A DNA stretch of 64,000 nucleotides from assembly GCA_965219455.1 (NCBI GenBank), contig OZ244744.1:672001-736000 (forward strand). The letters run 5' to 3'. The stretch comes from Candidatus Latescibacterota bacterium. Lineage in GTDB: Bacteria > Latescibacterota > UBA2968 > GCA-2709665. Position 1 is the first letter of the stretch. Every line of letters begins with the position of its first letter. The position numbers and the translations under genes were made by a program. The notes beneath the pieces are model-generated. The model searched no databases. It was not told where the DNA came from and saw only the letters and a list, made by a program, of their open reading frames with translations. Below, piece after piece: positions 28,900 to 37,974 of the stretch.

Positions 28900-31422
28900 T
28901 TAATTCGCAGTATGAATCGTCCAACTATTGCTGCCACTATTTTTCGACGTGACAAAATTCCAACGCACGCCATTTACCGTCCCCGTGAGGCTTAGGCTAT
29001 TGTTACTGCTGAAAAACGAGATAGACCCCCTTCCAGAGTTGGAAACAGAGAAGGCAAAGCCTTTGTAAGTACAACTTTCGTTCGGATTCACAACTAACCC
29101 AGCCCTGCAAGCACCATGACTACCACCACCTCCGCCACCGGTTCCACTGCCTGGCGTCGTGCCCTCGGCAATGGGAGACCAGGGACCGGGAGAGCCGGTA
29201 TCGCAGGAAGATGAGTTTCTATACCGGTAACGCATCTCATAGGTGGTGTTCGGCAGAAATTGTGAAGAAATAAGAGCCACGGTGGAATACGTCCTAAGTG
29301 AATTGTCTGATGGATTTTCGTATGTCTTACACCCGAATAAAACCCAATCCTCCTGGGGCGTCGTTTTTTGCCGAACTGCAAAATCATAAGCTCGAGTTTG
29401 TTGAGCAGACCAGGTATCCAAAAAGGCAAAACCAAGTGTATCGGCAGTAGCTCTCACAAGGATAGGGGTCGTAAGATCGGATATCTGCCAACTCTCAACT
29501 TCACTCGTGGTTCCATTGTTGCCGCAGGTGTAGGTTAGAGTACCTGTTGTCGTTGACGTGAAGGTCAGCGAGGTGACACAGCGGCCACCGTACAATCCTT
29601 CGTCATAGGTTTGCGTAAATGTGCCGGCATTCGCACCAGTATGCGAATATGTATAGCTCCCCTCATCTCTATCAAAGCTTTCCTTGAAACGACCAGCAGA
29701 CTCAAAATCGATAAAATAAGATTCTGCGTCTATGCGATTGCCAACGACAAGTCTATTGAATGCCTGCTGGTCCGCCGGCGCGAAGCCGGAAGGAGTCGGC
29801 TGAGTGACGAATATCGTCACGTACCGTGAGCAGTTGTTACCGGTATTGCTTTCGCCGCTGACGGGATCAACACACGCGACAAGGTAATAGGTTCCCGCAT
29901 CCGATGGCGCATTCAGGCTGAAAGACTCGTCGCTCGTGCTCCCCGCCGCCAGGCTGCTCACTTCTTCCGTGCCCACTTCCACGTCATTCGACGAGACCGT
30001 CGCGTCAGACGAACGATAAATTCGCAAGGTTGTGGACGCTGACGAAGCATTGCCTTGATTGCGTACCGTGGCGGCGAAATCATACGATAGCCCGGTCGTC
30101 AAGGTACCCACCGGGACCAGGAGCGAAACGATCAAATCGGGGCTGTCGGCACTGCTGACGGCGACGCGTACGCCGAATGAGCAGTTGTTGCCGGTATTGC
30201 TTTCGCCGCTGACGTTATCAACGCAGGCGCCGTAGTAATACGTCCCGGCACTCGACGGCGCATTCAGGCTGATCGACTCGGCGCTCGTGCCCCCCGCCGA
30301 CAGGCTGTTCACGCCGTCCGTGCCCACTTCCACGTCATTCGACGAGACCGTCGCGTCAGACGAACGATAATACCGCAAGGTCGTGGACCCAGACGAAGCA
30401 TTGCCCCGATTGCGAACCGTGGCGCGCAACGTAAACGATTGCCCGGTCGTCAGCGTGTTGTCGTTGACCGAGGGCGATTCAACGATCAAATCGGGGCTGC
30501 CGGACGGTGGCGGCGTTGTCCCACCGCCTCCACCGTTACCAGAGGGCGGAACCTCACTGCCGAAGGCGCCTGCGAAGGTCAAGAAATCCGAAAAGCCCAC
30601 GGACCCATCACCATCCAGATCGAACCGCGCGTCATATCCGGCATCACCCTGCTGCGTCCCGAAACCGCTTGCGAATGCCAGAAAGTCTGAAAAACCGACG
30701 GTCCCGTCGCCGTCGAAGTCGGGAGACGGCGTGGCGTTGAAGCTTATTTCACTCGTCGTTGTAAGTTCGTCTTGCGATGCGCTGCTTTCCGCAAGCGTGA
30801 CCGACTCGATGCCGATGGCAAACTCCCGTCCCGTTACGTCGACAACCGTTTCAAATTCGGCGCGCGCCAGAAACCCGGACGCCGCCAGAGTCACGAGCGC
30901 CGTTGCCGCGAAGTTCGTACCCACGGACGCGTTCGGAATCGCTAGCGCAAACGCGCTGTTTTCGGCTTTGACGTAAGACAGGAGAGAAGCATCGAATTCA
31001 AACTTCAGGATCACGCCCCTCAACGACGTCCTCACGCCCGTTGCAAAAACCTCAACGGCAATCGTCGTTCCCTGTCCGGACACCGTGCCCGTGGTTACGC
31101 CGTCGTCTCTCTGATTGCCGGACCCGCCATCGGCGACCAGGTCCAGAGACAAAACCGCGTTGGCATTGGCGCCGGCGGCTATTTTCGCACCCGGTTCACC
31201 CATGTCCCAAAACGCCGCGTCCTCTGGCTCGCCTTCAAGCACAAGGACTGCACCATTCTCGAGAGATACGGCACGTTTAGACGCCCGATCCTTTGTCTGA
31301 TTGTCCGCGCCACCCGTAGCATTGGGAGTGGCAAACACGTGTTTGCCCACAAAGATGAACAGGGCAAATCCGGCAATAACCAAGACGCCGCTTAGCAGCT
31401 TTGAAAACATCAGTTTACGCAT
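28900..31422 (-). CDS. Secreted cohesin-like + dockerin-like + 2 CARDB-like + FN3-like + Cys-containing C-terminal domain protein
   Basis: N-terminal ~290 aa nearly identical to 14196-17429; same terminal domain (AC.AGLVVNP.ESC.YK...NGVRWNF..SKNSGSNSWTIH.AN). Confidence 0.85.
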   Translation of the reverse strand: MRKLMFSKLLSGVLVIAGFALFIFVGKHVFATPNATGGADNQTKDRASKRAVSLENGAVLVLEGEPEDAAFWDMGEPGAKIAAGANANAVLSLDLVADGGSGNQRDDGVTTGTVSGQGTTIAVEVFATGVRTSLRGVILKFEFDASLLSYVKAENSAFALAIPNASVGTNFAATALVTLAASGFLARAEFETVVDVTGREFAIGIESVTLAESSASQDELTTTSEISFNATPSPDFDGDGTVGFSDFLAFASGFGTQQGDAGYDARFDLDGDGSVGFSDFLTFAGAFGSEVPPSGNGGGGGTTPPPSGSPDLIVESPSVNDNTLTTGQSFTLRATVRNRGNASSGSTTLRYYRSSDATVSSNDVEVGTDGVNSLSAGGTSAESISLNAPSSAGTYYYGACVDNVSGESNTGNNCSFGVRVAVSSADSPDLIVSLLVPVGTLTTGLSYDFAATVRNQGNASSASTTLRIYRSSDATVSSNDVEVGTEEVSSLAAGSTSDESFSLNAPSDAGTYYLVACVDPVSGESNTGNNCSRYVTIFVTQPTPSGFAPADQQAFNRLVVGNRIDAESYFIDFESAGRFKESFDRDEGSYTYSHTGANAGTFTQTYDEGLYGGRCVTSLTFTSTTTGTLTYTCGNNGTTSEVESWQISDLTTPILVRATADTLGFAFLDTWSAQQTRAYDFAVRQKTTPQEDWVLFGCKTYENPSDNSLRTYSTVALISSQFLPNTTYEMRYRYRNSSSCDTGSPGPWSPIAEGTTPGSGTGGGGGGSHGACRAGLVVNPNESCTYKGFAFSVSNSGRGSISFFSSNNSLSLTGTVNGVRWNFVTSKNSGSNSWTIHTAN

Positions 31423-31514
31423 GCCTTTCTCCTGGAACGGTTTCGCGTTGCTGAGCCGCAACCCGAAAGTGGATGAATGGTGACATATTTCCGGGACGGG
31501 ACACCAGCTTCAAC

Positions 31515-32439
31515 CCTATTTCAACAGCAACATCCGCCTGGACGCCGAGAATTCTCCGGCATGTATGCGGTACAGATAGACGCCGCTGGCCACGCGGCGG
31601 CCCAACGCGTCGGCGCCGTCCCACGTGGCCGTGAACGATCCCGCCTCCTTCGTCTCGTTCACCAGAACGCGCACCTCCTGTCCCAGCAGATTGTATATGG
31701 CCAGCCGGACCAGCCCCGCCTCGGGAAGCTGGTATCCGATTAACGTGGAGGGGTTGAACGGATTGGGCGCGTTCCGGTTCAGGCCGTACTGATCCGGCAG
31801 CGGCCGCAGGTTCCCGATTTCAACGCGGGTCAGCATATCCACGGCGCCGTTTACGCCCACCAGCACGCTCTCGGAGACCTGAAAATCCGCCGCCGCCGGC
31901 GTGCCGCTCGTCTTGAAGACAAGCTCCACGAGCATGCCCTCGCCGGTGGCGCCCTGACCGTCGACTCTCACCGCGCCGACGTTCAGATTTCCCGGCGTAC
32001 GATTCGACGTGAGAAACAGCGTTTTCCGGGTTGAACCCAACGCCAGCAGGTTACCGTCCGGTTCCCTGGCTTCCAGGTGTTCATATTTGGCGGGATCGTA
32101 TTGCAGCGTCAGGCCGTATCCCTTCAGGTTTTTCGCCTGGGACAGCGAGAGACGCACCGTCAGAATCCCTTCTTCGGCAGCGCGATCGTCAACCCGCTCC
32201 AGCTTGAGCGCCGCCAGCGCGTTCTCCCCGCCGGTAATGGTCAAACCCCGTGTCATGTCTCCGGCCAGCGCCGTTCCGGCCAATACGAACACCGCGCATA
32301 TCGATGAAAAAAGACGATTCAACATGGCTGCCTCCTTTTTCGGTTAACCTGCGGTTGTTACGGACGACCGTGACTCAAGCGTTTTCATGGGTCAGGCGCC
32401 TCATTGTTGGAACGACGTGGCGGCAGCCTGCCCGGTCTC
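31515..32439. repeat. 925-bp near-identical direct repeat, copy A
   Basis: Matches 36997-37921 (offset 5482); encoded proteins identical; two substitutions seen in the intergenic part. Confidence 0.95.
31516..32325 (-). CDS. Small secreted cohesin-like + FlgD-Ig/T9SS type-A sorting domain protein, copy 1
   Basis: AAGGAGG RBS; signal peptide ending ALA; LTVRLSL..AKNLKGYGLTLQYDP...GEGMLVELVFK; NAPNPFNPST.IGYQLP...LAIYNLLGQEVR...WDGAD..G..VASGVYLYRI...RRMLLLK. Confidence 0.85.
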   Translation of the reverse strand: MLNRLFSSICAVFVLAGTALAGDMTRGLTITGGENALAALKLERVDDRAAEEGILTVRLSLSQAKNLKGYGLTLQYDPAKYEHLEAREPDGNLLALGSTRKTLFLTSNRTPGNLNVGAVRVDGQGATGEGMLVELVFKTSGTPAAADFQVSESVLVGVNGAVDMLTRVEIGNLRPLPDQYGLNRNAPNPFNPSTLIGYQLPEAGLVRLAIYNLLGQEVRVLVNETKEAGSFTATWDGADALGRRVASGVYLYRIHAGEFSASRRMLLLK

Positions 32440-33597
32440 GGAGGTCGCAAGATCCAACGCGATGCCGCGTGGGCTGAACAATCGTCTCGTGACGAGGTTT
32501 TCGACGCCGCTTCCGTCCAGGTTGGACCGATGTATCCTCCCCGTTTCCCAATCGGTCCAGTACATCTTGCCGCCGGCCACGTCCAGTGCGATGCCCCATG
32601 GGTCCACGATTCCCGTGGTGACGAGGGTTTCGACGTTGCTGCCGTCGAGGTTGGAACGCTGGATCTTATCCGCGTGGCGCCTTTCCCACTCGCCATAGTC
32701 CGCCCAGTACATCTTGCCGCCTGACAAATCCAGCGCGATGCTCCATGGAGTCCCCAATCCTGTGGTGACGAGGTCTTCGACACCGCTGCCGTCGAGGTTG
32801 GAACGCTGGATCTTATGCAATACCTGAACCGTCCAGTACATCTTGCCGCCGGCCGCGTCCAGCGCGATACCTCGTGGGGAAGAAAATCCGTCGTTCCGAG
32901 TGACGAGGTCTTCGACACCGCTGCCGTCCAGGTTGGAACGCTGTATCTTATCCGTGGTCCAATCCGTCCAGTACATCTTGCCGCCGGCCACGTCCAGCGC
33001 GATGCCGCTTGGAGTCACCAATCCTGTGGTGACGAGGTCTTCGACACCGCTGCCGTCCAGGTTGGAACGCTGTATCTTATCCGTGTCCCGATCCGTCCAG
33101 TACATCTTGCCGCCGGCCACGTCCAAGGCGATGCCGTTTAGCGTGGTCAATCCTGAAGTGACGAGGTCCTCGACACCGCTGCCGTCCAGGTTGGAACGCT
33201 GTATCTTATCCGTGTCCCGATCCGTCCAGTACATCTTGTTCACATCCCCGGCGCCGTGCACAGTCACCTCTTTGCCGAAGTTCTCCGCAAAGATCAAAAA
33301 ATCCGCAAACCCGATCTCACCGTCATCGTTGAGATCGAACTGCGCGTCATATTCGACGTCACCCTGACTTAGTCCGAATTTTTCCGCGAACTTTACGAAA
33401 TCGCCAAAGCCGATCGTCCCGTCTCCGTCGAAGTCCGGAATAGACGCCGTATCGTCTCCGTTGGCGCTGATGGAGTTCATTGTAATCGCCTGGGTTGTTG
33501 TTCGCTCATCCTCAGCATTGGATCGCGTTGCGGCGTGGCACACGAATGCCAGCAGCGCAAGGGCGGCCAGGGACACCGTTCGTTTCGTGGAAGCCAT
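32401..33597 (-). CDS. Secreted dockerin-like + six-bladed YWTD (LDL-receptor class B) propeller protein
   Basis: Signal peptide, DFDGDGTIGFGDF...FDLNDDGEIGFADF, six KMYW(T/A)D-type repeats with KIQRSNLDGS. Confidence 0.88.
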   Translation of the reverse strand: MASTKRTVSLAALALLAFVCHAATRSNAEDERTTTQAITMNSISANGDDTASIPDFDGDGTIGFGDFVKFAEKFGLSQGDVEYDAQFDLNDDGEIGFADFLIFAENFGKEVTVHGAGDVNKMYWTDRDTDKIQRSNLDGSGVEDLVTSGLTTLNGIALDVAGGKMYWTDRDTDKIQRSNLDGSGVEDLVTTGLVTPSGIALDVAGGKMYWTDWTTDKIQRSNLDGSGVEDLVTRNDGFSSPRGIALDAAGGKMYWTVQVLHKIQRSNLDGSGVEDLVTTGLGTPWSIALDLSGGKMYWADYGEWERRHADKIQRSNLDGSNVETLVTTGIVDPWGIALDVAGGKMYWTDWETGRIHRSNLDGSGVENLVTRRLFSPRGIALDLATSETGQAAATSFQQ

Positions 33598-33683
33598 CTG
33601 TCGAACTCCTCTCCTGTTGGCGCCGGATGCGCGAAACTGATCCTGATCAGGCGCCCGGGTTTCACCATCGAACGGCCCCGGGT

Positions 33684-33869
33684 TTACGTACCTAAAGCAT
33701 CGACAAACTTGAAGAAGTCCGCGTAATCCACCGTTCCGCTGCCTGTGACGCCGATCGTCCCCACGAGCCCACCGACGTTGTTGCTCCCTTCAGAGCCTAC
33801 CACCTTACCGGTCGCGTGGCCGGCGGCGATGCTGCCGACGTTGGCGCCCGAGACCGCAAGTACCCTCAC
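33684..33869 (-). pseudogene. Chimeric remnant: CARDB piece + GLUG-like motif + dockerin-like tail
   Basis: ATGKVVGSEGSNNVGGLVG followed by GSGTVDYADFFKFVDALGT*, which matches the end of 18033-20216. Confidence 0.7.
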
Positions 33870-34083
33870 CGCGTCCGTTCTTCCTCCACGAAATAATCGA
33901 CGTCAGCCTGCGTAATCCGGATTGTTAAATTTCAATGGATTTCGATCGCATTTTCCGGCATAAAGTCTCTCTGGTTGACGATTCTGTTTTTTCGTTTGCA
34001 AATGTGGCCAAGGCAGGCTGACGATTATCCGGACATCGCGACTACGGGTCAGGTGCAGCCTGTTCCAATCGGATGCTGCCACC

Positions 34084-36840
34084 TTACGGACTAAATTGCG
34101 TTAGTACCCGTACGTCGCCGCGTTTGACTAAGACAATCCCGGTAAGACGGATACTCCCTCCCGCCCTGTGAACGGATCTTCCAACGACAACAAGGCCTTC
34201 ACCAGTGCTTAGGTGGCCTACCAGAATGGTTTGCCGTTCATTTACACAAAAAGTGTCCCGTCGAAATTCGAGACCAGCGCGGCAGATTGTGGCCTGATCA
34301 AGCAATCGCTGAGCCGCAGATCCTGTGGCATTTATCCAGGCATTAAGCGACGGGGTGCTTGGGACAGTATTGCCACCACTACCGCTTACCGTTATGCTCA
34401 CGCCAGCGGAGCAGTTGTTGTCGGTATCGGACTCCCCGGCCACCGCGTCTACACAGGCGCCGTAGTAGTAAGTCCCAGCACTCAAAGGCGCGTTCAGGCT
34501 GATGGACTCGGCGCTCGTGGCCGATGCCGCGAGTCCGTCGACGGTGTCTGTGCCCACTTCCGAGTCGTTACTTGAGATGGTTGCGTTGGTCGAACGGTAG
34601 TAGCGCAAGGTCGTCGCCGGAGACGAACCGATGCCCTGGTTGCGGACCGTCGCATCCAGATCGAACGATTGCCCGGTCGTTAACGTATTGTCGCTGACCG
34701 TTGGCGAGTCAACCATCAGATCAGGACTCCCACTTCCACCACCACCGCCGGCACCGGTCACTCTAATCGTGCCCGCAGTGACTCGCCCGCCCTCAATGCT
34801 GCAACCCTGGGCAGCAATACAGGTATATGTGGTTCCATCCTGTAGCTCCATTTGTCCACCATTCTGGAAGCTGAGAACTGTACGGCCTCCACTGCGGCTG
34901 ATACTTGCGCGACTGATTCGTCTGGGAAGAAAGAAGCCGGATGGATAATTGGGAAGCGACTCACCAACACCGTAGGTGTTACCACTACCGCCACCCCCAC
35001 CCCCGCCACCGGTTCCACTGCCTGGCGTCGTGCCGTCAACAATCGGAGACCACGGGTCCGGGGAACCGGTCTGGCACGAAGACGAGTTCCTGTATCGGTA
35101 CCGAAATTCGTAGGCCGTATTCGGCTCCAGGTTTGATGAGTAGATCCATGGACCCGCGTAGGTGGTGTTGGCTTCGTCCGACCGGTTACTGTATGTCACA
35201 CATATGTCGTTCCAACGACCTTGGGGCGTCTTTTCCCTCAATTGGAGATCATAGGCTCTGGTTTGTCCCGCCCGCCACGTGTCCAGAATGGCGAAATGCA
35301 GCGTATCAGCAGAAGCGCGCACGAATACTGGAGTCGAGAGATCAGAAAGCTCCCAATCCTGCTCTTCAATGGTGGTGCCATCGGCACAAGACAACCGTGC
35401 AGTGCCCGTGGTGGCTGCCGTGAAGGTCAGTTGGTTTGTACACCTGCCGCCGAGCCGCTCCGTATCGTCCCACGCTTGCACGAATTGGCCCGCATTCGCA
35501 CCCGTATTCGTGTATGTGTAACGTGCCCCGTGTCTCCGGAAGCCCGTAGTGGAACGGCCGGCAGACACGATATCCACTAACCACGTCTCCGCCCGAATTC
35601 GTTTGCCGACGGCCAGACGGTCAAAGGCACTCTGGTCTGCCGGGGCAAAGCCGGAGGATACCCGAGCGACGGTTACTGTCACTCCACGGGAGCAATTGTT
35701 CCGCGTGTCGCTCTCGCCGCTGACGTTATCAACGCACGCACCGTAGTAATACGTCCCGGCACTCGACGGCGCATTCAGGCTGATCGACTCGGCGCTCGCG
35801 CCCCCCGCCGACAGGCTGTTCACGCCGTCCGTGCCCACTTCCACGTCATTCGACGAGACCGTCGCGTTAGACGAACGATAACACCGCAAGGTCGTGGACC
35901 CAGACGAAGCATTGCCCCGATTGCGAACCGTGGCGCCCAACGTAAACGACTGCCCGGTCGTCAGCGTGTTGTCGTTGACCGAGGGCGATTCAACGATCAG
36001 ATCGGGGCTGCCGGACGGCGGGGCCGGTTCGACGGTACTTCCGAAATCGGCGGCAAATGCGAGAAAATCACCAAACCCGATCGCGCCGTCACCGTCCAGG
36101 TCGAACCGGGTATCGTACGTCCCATCGCCCTGTTGCGACCCGAATGCACCTGCGAAAGCCAGGAAGTCGGAGAATCCGACCGTTCCGTCGCCGTCGAAGT
36201 CGGGAGACGGTGTGGCGTTGAACGTGATCACGCTCGTGGTTTTGAGAGTGTCGATTCCCGATCGATCGCCCAACCGGACCGACTCGATCCCAATGGAAAA
36301 CCCCTTGCCCGTTACGTCTGAAACCGTCTCAAACTCGGCGCGCGCCAGAAATCCGGAGGGCGCCAATGATACGAGCGATATCCCACCAAAAGTTGTGCCC
36401 GTGGAACTATCCCCAAGTTTGGGTATTGCGCTGCCTTCGGCCGTACGAAAAGCAAGAAGTGAAGGATCAAAGTCGAATATGATTTCGAATCCAAACAGGA
36501 ACGTCCTCACGCCCGTTGCAAAAACCTCAACGGCAATCGTCGTTCCCTGTCCGGACACCGTGCCCGTGGTGACGCCGTCGTCCCTCTGGTTCCCGGCCCC
36601 GCCACTGGCGACCAGGTCCAGAGACAACACCGCGTTGGCGTTGCTGCCCAGGGCGATTTTTGCGCCGTGTACCGACATCGTGGCCTTGGCGTCCCCGTCA
36701 TTGGCATTGGTAACCAGCTCGCCGCCGGCAATCAGGTCCGAAGACAAAACCGCGTTTGCGCTTGACACGAGCAAAACCGCAGCGGAAACCACGAAAAACC
36801 CCAATGCAGCAATTAAGATAGTCCGACAAATCGGAGTCAT
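34084..36840 (-). CDS. Secreted cohesin-like + dockerin-like + CARDB-like + FN3-like + CARDB-like mosaic protein
   Basis: Signal peptide, GGAGG RBS, same modules as neighbours (GFAPADQ...RYRYRNSSSC), unique C-terminus. Confidence 0.85.
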   Translation of the reverse strand: MTPICRTILIAALGFFVVSAAVLLVSSANAVLSSDLIAGGELVTNANDGDAKATMSVHGAKIALGSNANAVLSLDLVASGGAGNQRDDGVTTGTVSGQGTTIAVEVFATGVRTFLFGFEIIFDFDPSLLAFRTAEGSAIPKLGDSSTGTTFGGISLVSLAPSGFLARAEFETVSDVTGKGFSIGIESVRLGDRSGIDTLKTTSVITFNATPSPDFDGDGTVGFSDFLAFAGAFGSQQGDGTYDTRFDLDGDGAIGFGDFLAFAADFGSTVEPAPPSGSPDLIVESPSVNDNTLTTGQSFTLGATVRNRGNASSGSTTLRCYRSSNATVSSNDVEVGTDGVNSLSAGGASAESISLNAPSSAGTYYYGACVDNVSGESDTRNNCSRGVTVTVARVSSGFAPADQSAFDRLAVGKRIRAETWLVDIVSAGRSTTGFRRHGARYTYTNTGANAGQFVQAWDDTERLGGRCTNQLTFTAATTGTARLSCADGTTIEEQDWELSDLSTPVFVRASADTLHFAILDTWRAGQTRAYDLQLREKTPQGRWNDICVTYSNRSDEANTTYAGPWIYSSNLEPNTAYEFRYRYRNSSSCQTGSPDPWSPIVDGTTPGSGTGGGGGGGGSGNTYGVGESLPNYPSGFFLPRRISRASISRSGGRTVLSFQNGGQMELQDGTTYTCIAAQGCSIEGGRVTAGTIRVTGAGGGGGSGSPDLMVDSPTVSDNTLTTGQSFDLDATVRNQGIGSSPATTLRYYRSTNATISSNDSEVGTDTVDGLAASATSAESISLNAPLSAGTYYYGACVDAVAGESDTDNNCSAGVSITVSGSGGNTVPSTPSLNAWINATGSAAQRLLDQATICRAGLEFRRDTFCVNERQTILVGHLSTGEGLVVVGRSVHRAGGSIRLTGIVLVKRGDVRVLTQFSP

Positions 36841-36996
36841 TGCAAAACCTCCCCTTTATCGACTTCGTATTGTGATTCTACGGTATGTTCAGCGCTCCGT
36901 ATGCGCCCCTCGGCACTCCCCCCAGGAGCAGCGCCGATACCTGTCGTGGTCAAGACGTTCGGGCGCATCGCCCGGATGGCGACATCTGCATATGGG

Positions 36997-37921
36997 CCTA
37001 TTTCAACAGCAACATCCGCCTGGACGCCGAGAATTCTCCGGCATGTATGCGGTACAGATAGACGCCGCTGGCCACGCGGCGGCCCAACGCGTCGGCGCCG
37101 TCCCACGTGGCCGTGAACGATCCCGCCTCCTTCGTCTCGTTCACCAGAACGCGCACCTCCTGTCCCAGCAGATTGTATATGGCCAGCCGGACCAGCCCCG
37201 CCTCGGGAAGCTGGTATCCGATTAACGTGGAGGGGTTGAACGGATTGGGCGCGTTCCGGTTCAGGCCGTACTGATCCGGCAGCGGCCGCAGGTTCCCGAT
37301 TTCAACGCGGGTCAGCATATCCACGGCGCCGTTTACGCCCACCAGCACGCTCTCGGAGACCTGAAAATCCGCCGCCGCCGGCGTGCCGCTCGTCTTGAAG
37401 ACAAGCTCCACGAGCATGCCCTCGCCGGTGGCGCCCTGACCGTCGACTCTCACCGCGCCGACGTTCAGATTTCCCGGCGTACGATTCGACGTGAGAAACA
37501 GCGTTTTCCGGGTTGAACCCAACGCCAGCAGGTTACCGTCCGGTTCCCTGGCTTCCAGGTGTTCATATTTGGCGGGATCGTATTGCAGCGTCAGGCCGTA
37601 TCCCTTCAGGTTTTTCGCCTGGGACAGCGAGAGACGCACCGTCAGAATCCCTTCTTCGGCAGCGCGATCGTCAACCCGCTCCAGCTTGAGCGCCGCCAGC
37701 GCGTTCTCCCCGCCGGTAATGGTCAAACCCCGTGTCATGTCTCCGGCCAGCGCCGTTCCGGCCAATACGAACACCGCGCATATCGATGAAAAAAGACGAT
37801 TCAACATGGCTGCCTCCTTTTTCGGTTAACCTGCGGTTGTTACGGACGATCGTGACTCAAGCGTTTTCACGGGTCAGGCGCCTCATTGTTGGAACGACGT
37901 GGCGGCAGCCTGCCCGGTCTC
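36997..37921. repeat. 925-bp near-identical direct repeat, copy B
   Basis: Matches 31515-32439. Confidence 0.95.
36998..37807 (-). CDS. Small secreted cohesin-like + FlgD-Ig/T9SS type-A sorting domain protein, copy 2
   Basis: Translation identical to 31516-32325. Confidence 0.85.
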   Translation of the reverse strand: MLNRLFSSICAVFVLAGTALAGDMTRGLTITGGENALAALKLERVDDRAAEEGILTVRLSLSQAKNLKGYGLTLQYDPAKYEHLEAREPDGNLLALGSTRKTLFLTSNRTPGNLNVGAVRVDGQGATGEGMLVELVFKTSGTPAAADFQVSESVLVGVNGAVDMLTRVEIGNLRPLPDQYGLNRNAPNPFNPSTLIGYQLPEAGLVRLAIYNLLGQEVRVLVNETKEAGSFTATWDGADALGRRVASGVYLYRIHAGEFSASRRMLLLK

Positions 37922-37974
37922 CTGGTTGGGCGCCGTCACCGGCAGCGCCGGAAGCGTGAACGACTGCCTCGGCG

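Noticed and set aside
31515-37921. Diversity-generating retroelement TR/VR pair
   Set aside because: The copies encode identical proteins with no adenine-specific differences, and no reverse transcriptase is in the window
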